A DNA stretch of 64,000 nt. Origin: Nemertoderma westbladi (Eukaryota > Animalia > Xenacoelomorpha). The stretch lies in NCBI GenBank assembly GCA_032718475.1, contig JAUCBJ010005230.1, forward strand, positions 10,773 through 74,772. Reading direction: 5' to 3'. The notes beneath the pieces are model-generated. The model had not been told where the DNA came from. It saw only the letters and a program-made list of their open reading frames with translations, and ran no database searches. Below are positions 54,400 through 64,000 of this stretch, one piece after another. The position numbers and the translations under genes are program-made. Every line of letters begins with the position of its first letter. Position 1 is the first letter of the stretch.

Positions 54400-54456
54400 A
54401 TTTAAATATATAAATAATAATAACAAATGAAATATAATTAAGTAATTACAGAGTTA

Positions 54457-55476
54457 GGGTAAATCTTTTCGACCTACGCGTAGGCCTACGCGTAGCTACG
54501 CGTAGTTCGCAACATTGGGTCACATATCACCAGTTTCAGAGTTTTAACATAAACTACGCGTAGATGCTACGTATAACTACGCGTAGATGCTACGTACGCG
54601 TAGGTGCTACGTATAACTACGCGTCTAGGCGCTACGCATAACTACGCGTAGGTGCTACCCATAACTATGCCTATACGACGTTTATCATTAGTAGGCCTAC
54701 GTATTCCAAGCGGTTCAGTACTAAAATAAGACAATACTGTATGTTCAATAAACAACCCACAACCATCAAATGCTTTCAACAGTAATGTACCCTATACCTG
54801 TATACTCTATATAGAGGCATACGCTAAGACTACATATTCTTCACTTCATGCGTTGCGGGCGCTCAAATGTGTTAATAAATGTTTAGAGTTCAAAAATAGT
54901 TTACAAAGGAAATAGGCCGATGGTTCTTATCGATTCTCCATTGCTTTGTTATTGCCTTTGTTCACGATAGGGCAAGGATATATTTAATATGTTAACCCCT
55001 TGACAAGGGAATGGGGAGGCGAGATTGTCTACCATGATTGGTTGTCTGATTGATTGATTGATTGTCACCAATTCATTTATGAATTTTAAGTCTACTTTTT
55101 ATTCATCCAGTATTTGTAATGTGAAAGAGCCAAATATTATTTATTACCAGTGCTGTATGTAGTGTAGAGATATGAGCTTCAGATTCCTGTTATTCCATTT
55201 GTCTGATAATCAGATACCTGACATATACCGATACTTGCCTAGCAACTCAACCCTACCTCGGACCTGAAATGAAAAATCATTGTTATCAGGACTGCTACGC
55301 GTAGCACCTACGCGTAGCTACGCGTAGTTTAAAAATACTTACGCGTAGTTCCAAAATAACTACGCGTAGTTTTAAAACACTTACGCGTAGTTGTTAAAAA
55401 GGCAGTAAGTCTGGCCCTTACCTGTAAATGACAGGAATGGAAGTTACAGATACGCGTAGGTCGAAAAGATTTACCC
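54457..55476. mobile_element. Non-autonomous TIR element, Merlin-like, nested in the P element
   Basis: TIR GGGTAAATCTTTTCGACCTACGCGTA, perfect at both ends. 8-bp TSD CAGAGTTA / CAGAATTA. Clustered TACGCGTAG subterminal repeats. Superfamily inferred only from the termini and TSD length. Confidence 0.75.
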
Positions 55477-55640
55477 CAGAATTAACAGGAATATTAAAGC
55501 TACCGGTAGCTACAGAAGTAAAAATGTACTTATTTATTACATACTGTGGCATAAGTATGTTTGTAGGCCTAAAAGTAGCACATAAGTAGAACAGTTTGCA
55601 GTTGGCCCAGGTTGGAATTTATGTAGAGTTTGCTCAACAT

Positions 55641-55760
55641 GTGTGGCGCGGATTAAGGATCCTGGCGTGTAGTGACAGGGGCGTGTGGCGCGGATTAAGG
55701 ATCCTGGCGCGTAGTGACAGGGGCGTGTGGCGCGCATTGAGGATCCTGGCGGTCCTGGCG
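55641..55760. repeat. ~41-bp tandem repeat x3 inside the P element
   Basis: GTGTGGCGCGGATTAAGGATCCTGGCG repeated. Confidence 0.8.
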
Positions 55761-57749
55761 CGAATATGGATGCAGGATGTAGGGTTAGGTTAGGACAGTA
55801 GGAGGTAGGCCTAGCGTAGCAGTGCACTAGCAACACCTAACACATCCCACATCCCACTCTACCATCTACTACAGCTCTATTTGAAATTATTCCATACTAT
55901 ACTGCCATAGGTTTAAAAATATTGAAAAATTTCCGCTCGCTTCGCTCGCGTTTATACTGTAAGTCTACTCTCTGACTCTTAGCACTGTCTGGCTGTGGAC
56001 AAATGGAAACGGACAGATTGAGCATGCCCATGATTAAAAACATGACTTATTGTTTCAAAAGTTTTTCAATTGTCAGATTCTTCAAACCAATAAAACCATG
56101 ATAGCCTGCATGATTCAGCAGATTTTCCGTGCTCGCTACGTCAGCTCGCAATTTAATGACATCTGCATTTCTGCATTTGAAAACAGTCGGTTTGCCTACT
56201 TTAAATGCTGAAATGTTAAAATTTTCGTGCTCGCTACGCTCGCATCTTGGTCACATCTGCATTTAAAAACAGTCAGTTGACGTTGACCTACTACCTGACT
56301 ACTACTACTACTACAACTACAGCACTATCTGACTATTACTGTCAGACTGTATTTATGTTAACATAATTGGAAAATTTCCTTGCTCGATACGCTCGCATTT
56401 TACTGTTTTAATGTTAAAATACTGTAGGGCTACAGCCTGACAGCATTATAAACTGATAAATTATTACAATTAAGCAATTACTGCAAAATTTCATAGTCAA
56501 TTGTTGGCTTGGCGCGCATTAGATATGATGGCTGGCGCGATTTTCGTTTAACCTGAACGCGTGTGGCGCACTTTTTGTCAGTATTCCATATAGGCAGTTG
56601 GCCAGTACTGCAGTACAGTATTGTACTGTTGTATGCAGTGCTGTGCTGCTTGCTGGTCGGCCACCTGCCAGCCTGCCGGTACTGCAAAAGTTGAGCCTTT
56701 AAGTTTGAAGCCTAAATCCGGCTGCCAGGCCTGAGGCCTGTCTTTTAGTAGGCCTTGGGTATGGCCTAGACCAGTAGACAGCTAGATGTAGAACGATCTG
56801 CTGATCTCAGATCTATAGGCCTATCTGGCTGTAACAGGCTATATAACCATAACTGTATTGTATAACTTCTTAAAACTGGCTATAATAACCACCTATAACG
56901 GGCTATTCTATGATAATTTACATTAAACAGTTAAATTTAAAGTAACGCAAAATCGCTCTGTTTAACTTTTGGAGTAACATCGTTTATGCCGCGTTCAGCG
57001 TTACCTGATGCCTGAAAAATACCGCAGGTTGAAAATTAGGGTAGGACTAGACTATGCCTGCATGCCTAATCAGCTAATTGATAGGCCTACCAGATACCGG
57101 TATCAGTTCTGCAGTTAGTACAGTAGTAGGCCTAGGCCTAGGCCTAAATCAGTTACCTTTATTTACCTTTATACTTTAATTTTGTAAATTGATAATAAAA
57201 TAAAATTTAGGAGCGTGTGGTTAGGAGATTCATAATGCTGTAATGTGGACCGCGGTGGACAAGGGGTAGGCCTACGTACACGAGATGGCGTGGTATCGGT
57301 TGGAGCAGGTTAGACTAGTTAGTACAGTAGTAGAGAGCAGTCGCGACAGACACATGATCTGGTGAGAGTTGGTGGAATGGCTGGGGGTTGTGGGTTGGTG
57401 CAGATGATGTGATTATCAATTTAAAGTATTGGCCTACCGGTCAGCCGGTACCAATTTGAAATTTAATTTTTATTATTTTTACCTCGTCCAGTCTTCCATC
57501 TTCTGGAGGTGTATCTTATTATTGGTTATTATTTATTTACCTTTATTTTTTCCAATTCTTAACAAAACGAAACAAAACAACCCATCACTACATCACTAGG
57601 CTATTAAAAATTATTAAGACTATCGTCGTAGGTACTGTACTTAACCCATTCCGTCTGTCCGTGGTTCTGTGTCCGGTACCAGGTACCGGTACCATATATA
57701 AGCTGATAAGTTTATGAACATTGAGTATTACATCTTTCTGTCTTTAGAG

Positions 57750-58434
57750 CGGGTGACAGACCGAACGTAATCAGGATCGAATGTAACATAGTTTTTACGA
57801 ATCGAACGTAACCTCAATTATGTAACATTGGATCCTATAACTATGTTACTTACATTCGATCTGCGATCTACATATTACTAGGGGTAAGCCCGAATGTAGG
57901 CCTAACATACATTTTTTTCAGTTGTGTTTTAATTTCAGGAGTTAACTGATGAAATGCTTCGTTTATTTACAGGACGAAGCTGTTTGGTGAGTACAAAACA
58001 AAGACCCACTTAACCTGCATAATCTTGTAACATGTGTTAACTTTCGTTTATTGTTTTGGTTCCCCCAACACGCCTCTGTAACCTTTTCCTTTCTGTCTTT
58101 AAATAAAAGTAACCTGCATAATCTTGTAACATGTGTTAACTTTCGTTTATTGTTTTGGTTCCCCCAACACGCATCTGTAACCTGTTCCTTTCTGCCTTTA
58201 AATAAAAGTAACCTGCATAATCTTGTAACATGTGTTAACTTTCGTTTATTGTTTTGGTTACCCCAACACGCATCTGTAACCTGCTCCTTTAAATGACAAT
58301 GTTACATTCGGGCTTAGTAATTTGTAGATCGAATGCAACATAGTTATAGGATCCAATGCAACATAACTGCGGCTTACGTTCGATAGTTAATAACTATGTT
58401 ACATTCGATCCTGATTACGTTCGGTCATGTATCG
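57750..58434. mobile_element. MITE with ~150-bp TIRs and 8-bp TSD
   Basis: GACCGAACGTAATCAGGATCGAATGTAACATAG is inverted at both ends. TSD CTTTAGAG (57742-57749, 58435-58442). Internal 99-bp tandem repeat, about 3 copies (58010-58292). Confidence 0.85.
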
Positions 58435-59125
58435 CTTTAGAGCGTGAACAACGCGGAAGGGCAGAACCAGAAGGTAACTTCTAAAAGCGTAAGGTCCAAG
58501 GGTGGAGGTGTTCCTTATCCAGCGACATCAAGACTGAGCGACGAAGAGTGGAAGGGCATAAGGCTGTATCCTGTATGTAAGGTAGTGACAGTAAGATGAC
58601 TTCCGAAAGTGTGGTGCTCCGGTGCTCCCTTCTTAACCTATCCAGCCGTGGATTTCGACGCCGCTCTGCACGATGCAACAAACACGACTCCCGGGATCCC
58701 AAACTTCTTAACTTCTCTAAACCCTTCCAGTTCCAGCTCCTGACCGGCTGACCCTGACTGCCTGAGTAGTACGCGTATTCTAATTAAATGGGCCGGGATT
58801 GGGGATACCGGTGCCGAAGTCTAAGTTTACAGGTTCAGTTTAGGATTCCCGACGTCAGGAGGTCGAGGTCCCGACAGTGCGACAGTCTGTTCATCATTTT
58901 GCTGTTTTGTTAACTGATAACTGCTCGCTCAGCTCACTCACTACAGAGCTAATTTCTCAGTATGTCCCTACGCCATACATTTTACTATGTATCTCCAATA
59001 AATGTAGCATGTCACTGATTATTAGGTTGTTCTAGTTATTAGGTTTATTATTAATTTTCAGATACTAGCTCGTTATAGGTGAATCATTTTGCACATACCT
59101 GTCGGTTTTATCGGATTGTATTATT

Positions 59126-60613
59126 ATGTACATCAAAATAAAACCAATGGATAAGAATATCACTCCCGAAGAAACATTTACTAAGGCAGAAGTAGCTGAT
59201 GGTGATGTTAAAGAACCTTCTGCTGATGATGTTGTAACTGACAGCACAAATAGTGGAATAAAAGTTGTAAAAATCAAAGTGGAACCAATGGATATTAGTA
59301 TCACTCCCGAAGAAACATTTACTAAGGCAGAAGTAGCTGGTGGTGATGTTAAAGAACCTTCTGCTGATGATGTTGTAACTGACAGCACAAATAGTGGAAT
59401 AAAAGTTGTAAAAATCAAAGTGGAACCAATGGATATCAGTATCACTCCCGAAGAAACATTTACTAAGGCAGAAGTAGCTGGTGGTGATGTTAAAGAACCT
59501 TCTGCAGATGATGTTGTAACTGACAGCACAAATAGTGGAATAAAAGTTGTAAAAATCAAAGTGGAACCAATGGATATTAGTACACTTGAAAAATCTGTTA
59601 CCAAGACAGGGCTAGAGAATTGGGATGTTAAAGAACTTTCTAATGATCTAGCAACCGAGAACACAAATAGTCGAATGGAGGTTGTCAATGGCACTACAGG
59701 CAAAAGTGGGATTCTAACAAAGACATATAATCTTCGGAAAAAGTTAGGATCATCGCACAATGACAGTGGTAAAATGTTCTCAGCAAGTGATGAAGGCCTA
59801 ATGAGGCATGTAGAGTCTGATCATTGTCGTACAGCAAGAGGTATCAAATGTAAATGCGATGAATGTGGTAAAATGTTATCTAAAGGACATCTAAAGGGGC
59901 ACATAGAATTCTCCCATAAAGGTATAAGTTATAATTGCGATCTTTGTGGTAAAATGTTTTCGAAAGGAAATCTAAAGAAGCACGTAGACTTAGTCCATAA
60001 CGATATCAGATATAATTGTTATCATTGCGGTAAGGTATTCACAGATAAAGGACATCTAAAGAAGCACATAGAATCTACCCATAAAGGTATAAGGTATAAT
60101 TGCGATCTTTGTGGTAAAATTTTCACACTTAAAAGTTATTTAAAGATACACTATGAATCAGTACATAAGCGTATCCGTTATAATTGTGAAGAATGCGATA
60201 AAGTTTTCACGGCAAAAGGAAGCGTAAAGAGGCACGTAGAGTCTGATCATAGTCAGGGGGCCACAGGTCCTCCCAGATATAATTGTTTGGAGTGCGGTAA
60301 AATATTCATACAAAAACATCATCTTAAGAGGCACTTCGATTCCTTACATAAAGGTATCACTTATACTTGCGAGGACTGTGGCAAGATATTAAAAGATAAG
60401 GGACATTTAAAGAAGCACATTGACACTGCCCATAGAGGTATATTGTATAATTGTGAAGATTGCGATAAAAGGTTCGAACAGAAAGCTCATCTGGACAGGC
60501 ACTTGAAGTTTGTTCATACGGGTATACGTTATAAATGCGATATCTGTGATAAAATGTTCTGGAAAAAGAAATATTTAAAGAAACACATAATTTCAGATCA
60601 TAACTGGCTGTGA
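59126..60613 (+). CDS. C2H2 zinc-finger protein: 9 fingers plus 1 degenerate, with N-terminal 57-aa repeats
   Basis: Intact 495-aa ORF. CxxC...HxxxxH fingers with HKGIRYNC-type linkers. Upstream acceptor TTTTCAG at about 59061 suggests spliced 5' UTR exons. Confidence 0.88.
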   Translation: MYIKIKPMDKNITPEETFTKAEVADGDVKEPSADDVVTDSTNSGIKVVKIKVEPMDISITPEETFTKAEVAGGDVKEPSADDVVTDSTNSGIKVVKIKVEPMDISITPEETFTKAEVAGGDVKEPSADDVVTDSTNSGIKVVKIKVEPMDISTLEKSVTKTGLENWDVKELSNDLATENTNSRMEVVNGTTGKSGILTKTYNLRKKLGSSHNDSGKMFSASDEGLMRHVESDHCRTARGIKCKCDECGKMLSKGHLKGHIEFSHKGISYNCDLCGKMFSKGNLKKHVDLVHNDIRYNCYHCGKVFTDKGHLKKHIESTHKGIRYNCDLCGKIFTLKSYLKIHYESVHKRIRYNCEECDKVFTAKGSVKRHVESDHSQGATGPPRYNCLECGKIFIQKHHLKRHFDSLHKGITYTCEDCGKILKDKGHLKKHIDTAHRGILYNCEDCDKRFEQKAHLDRHLKFVHTGIRYKCDICDKMFWKKKYLKKHIISDHNWL

Positions 60614-61292
60614 TGTACCGATAATTGACTATGATATAGATTAAATCAGTTTATAATTAATTAATAGTAATAATAATATTCCTAAGTTAATTAATACTAT
60701 TATATTATATGAGATAGTGAATATTATTGCGTCAGTTATCATCCATAATTATTCATTAGTTCATTCAATACCCGAACCACCACACCACCCCCCCGCCCCC
60801 CCTCACCCCTATTGTTTTTAGAAACGTTACAATTCGTGTCTTGTTAAATCACTCTTTCATATCGATTAGCATTACCAATCAATGTATAACTTTTTCTCGA
60901 ATATAGTAAAATCTATATTCAACCTAATAGAGCCCCCCCCCCCCCCCCCTCCCCATTACATTCAATTGGCTTAATTGGTTTTTTTGTTAGATAAAAATTT
61001 ACACAGGAGCATAACTGTTATCGTGCGATAAGTTTAACATATTATTTATTGTCATGTTACTTTAAAAAAAATGTCGTCTAGGATATAAGTGCTCTGGTCA
61101 AGATTTGTATTTTCGCGGGGTCGGGAAGCATATAGAATCTATGTTATCGCGCGGAGCACATAGTGGTGTACCGCGTAGTCGTGTCGTGTTATGGTTGTAT
61201 CGTAGTGATCACCATTAGAGCTTTAACCGACAGGTGCTCAAATCCACAACCGGCAAGAATAAGGAGCAGAATCGAACAAAAATAGTGTGTAT

Positions 61293-62663
61293 CAGGGTGT
61301 CGTCGCGTTACGGCTAATGTCGCGTTACGGCAAATTTTTTGAGAGATTAGCCGTCTGTTCAACTATCTGTTCTTCGACAACCTCACATTCAATATTTTAA
61401 TATAATATTGTATTCTTAGTCACACCCTCAAGCACAGGTACGGATTACAGCGGCCAATAATAGCCAGCCAAAGAAGCAATGAATGGTTTTGTGGAACATA
61501 TTCCACTACTTCATATCGATGTTGTTCCAACGGCTGGATCGCTACCGAGACCATATGGCGTTCTGTTTGGGGACTGACAAGCAGGCAATGGCCGTCCTTC
61601 CAGCCGCCGATCACCCAGTTGAAGGTCCAGCTGCATTGGGAGGGGGTGGTGATCCCGACTGGCACGTTGGTGTATTGAACCACCCCTTCGCGGCCGAACC
61701 CCTTCTTCCCAACCCACCCCCGAACCACCCCTTCGCGGCCGAACCATTCCAACCCAACCCACCCCCGAACCACCCCTCCGCGGCCGAACCATCGCCCATG
61801 TGAAGACTACCAGGATTTCACTTTTCGGTCGACTTTTTATTGGAATTTTATATATGAAGATTTTTTATTTTTTCAAATTTATCTTTATTAAGTGTTTTAT
61901 AGCGCTTATTTCTGTCTTTTAACCTGTACATGTACTAATTTGTTTATTGTTTTGGTTAAATTCAGCCCTTCTGTAACCTGTATTTTTGGTGAAAACCTGG
62001 TATTCTTCACATGGGGGTAACTGCAAAGTGAAATATAACGGCAGAAAGTCTGGTATTCTTCACATGGGCCCGAACCATTGCTTCCCAACCCACCCCAACA
62101 CCGAACCACCCCTTCGTGGCTGAACCATTCCAAACCACCCCACCACCGAACCAAATGCCATACGCGTTACGCGGGGCATGACTGGCTATTTCAAAAGCTT
62201 TAGTTTTAGATATTTTTGATTTGATTAATATAATGATAAATTCAAAGTGCAATATTTCGGCAATATACTTTTTATACTTTCGACCAATATACCTATGGTA
62301 CTGTGTACTGTGGTACTCAATACAACAATAATAATACAAGAATTAATAAATTAAGTTTTTTTTAGTTAAACCCCCCCCCCCCCCCCCCCCCCCCTGGATA
62401 CTCCCATGTTGTAATACATTATAACATTAAATTTTTCGAACCTTTCTTATCTGTACGTAAACACCATAGAATAATATTGATAATGATTCCCTATGTAGAA
62501 CCAACCAAGACAATAGATTAGTCGTAACGCGACAATTAACTGTAACGTGACTTTTTGAGTAGCCGTACCGCGACTTTCAAAGTCGCGTGTTACGGCTGCT
62601 CTGAAAATTAGCCGTAACGCGACTTTCCGTAACGCGACATTAGCCGTACCGCCATTGCACCAG
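61293..62663. mobile_element. Non-autonomous TIR element
   Basis: TACGGCTAATGTCGCGTTACGG near the left end is inverted near the right end (CCGTAACGCGACATTAGCCGTA). Flanked by TAT...TAT. The internal segment 61985-62070 is shared with 33600-33705. Confidence 0.6.
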
Positions 62664-64000
62664 TATCAGCGAGAAACAATGGACAAGAATAATGAGCAAC
62701 AACGGGGGGTAAGAATAATGAGCAGCTGCGAGCAATGGAGAGCAAGCATAATCGAGAGCAATGAGCAAAAACTAGCAAGGATAATAGATAAAAAGAATGA
62801 GATGTAATTAGCAAGAATATGAAAGATCAACAACTAGAAAAACAAGCCACAATGAACTCAGGGCAGCGGGCAGCCCCCTGATACGAGAGCTTATCTACTG
62901 ACCTATTTTAATTGGAAACATGAAAAATATTGTAGTGTATTAGTACGCGATTTAAAAAAAGTGCAAATTCGGAGAAAAAAGTAAAACATTAAAAAATTTG
63001 GCATTATAACGTATAGTACATAGGTTTTCTCTCAGCCATGAACTCGTGGTAGACTTGACGCAACCACTTATATTCCCTGAATCCTGGGAATGATTAGACC
63101 AGACCTCCACCCTGTTATGGTAATTGCTCTACTCGATATTTGCTCGCCCGCTCATCAATCTTCATGTGTTTCTCCTTGTTTTTATTCGTTGCTGCTCAAA
63201 GTAACTGATTTTGCTCATTATCGCTAGTTGTTGGTCACTATTGTTCGTTGTGTTATAGGTCAATATTTTAGGTCGTTATAGCTCGTTGTTACCCCGTTTT
63301 TTTCTTATTGTTAATTGATGCCCGTTGTTCATTTTTTTACTTTTAGTAGCGTTTACTACACCCCTTATAAACTCAGAGCCAGATAGAAAGGATTATATAT
63401 TGAAATTGCGCATCAGAAAAGTAATCAACATGGTACACTTTATTTTATTTTATATTCACTTTCATATTCATTTTATATTTATTTTATATTACAAACAAGT
63501 TATGTTATTTCTAGACTCAGTAATTAATACAAATCATCACATCCCTATCGAAAAATGCCTGGCTGCGCACATGCCCATGCCACCACCGCTCTTTGTGATC
63601 GTCCTGCACATCTGGATGACTGAATGGCAAATTAGACTTTTTGTACGAGTTCCGATTAAAATGTGATATTGATCGATACGATAGGCCTATACTAGACCTA
63701 TTCGTTTAGGCTGGCGCACTACTCGTCTCCGTTACAAGCCTCTCTACGATAGACCTCCAATTCTGCTCGCAAACATACACATTAACCACCTTACCTTATG
63801 AACCTTTTCTGATCTCGATCATATTGCTAAATGTGCTAAACCTGGTAGTATTGTAGGAGTAGGCGCATCACACTTGTAACTTTATAAAGGCCTGCTTAAA
63901 AAGTCGGCCTACTTGTTATTTATAAATGATGTAGAACTTTAACCTTGAAGTTTATCAGCATAGCTTTGATCTGAAATCTCACCGGGCTTTCTCATTTCAT

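Larger units (their letters stand above)
52763..56757 (-). mobile_element. P-superfamily DNA transposon, internally deleted
   Basis: TIR CAAGGCCTACTAAAAGACAGGCC...GGCAGCCGGATTTAGGC at both ends. Flanks AGTAGGGC / GGTATGGC (6/8 match). Contains a THAP-transposase remnant. Confidence 0.85.

Overview
Eukaryotic, AT-rich, TE-dense window from an animal genome, probably an invertebrate; the species cannot be determined. Host genes: (i) two tandem ZC2HC1A/FAM164-like zinc-finger paralogues, one two-exon (176-638 joined to 3472-4091) and one intronless (12242-13207) with a tandem SxIP array; (ii) three internal coding exons of a glycogenin gene (34585-34726, 43184-43358, 47679-47841) with very large TE-filled introns; (iii) a single-coding-exon C2H2 zinc-finger gene (59126-60613) downstream of the last visible glycogenin exon, possibly nested. 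The rest is mobile or repetitive DNA: MULE, hAT, Kolobok, P and Merlin-like DNA transposons with visible TIRs/TSDs, a head-to-tail Helitron dimer, RTE and CR1/L2-group LINE fragments, a 7-kb 35-bp satellite and several minisatellites. The most unusual observations are a CRE-like (REL-endonuclease) retrotransposon 3' end fused directly to the 3' third of a histone H3 gene, and paired-copy evidence that the abundant TACAGTA and TAGGCCTA words arise as insertions at TA sites, consistent with transposon excision footprints. All calls are by eye; no database searches were run.
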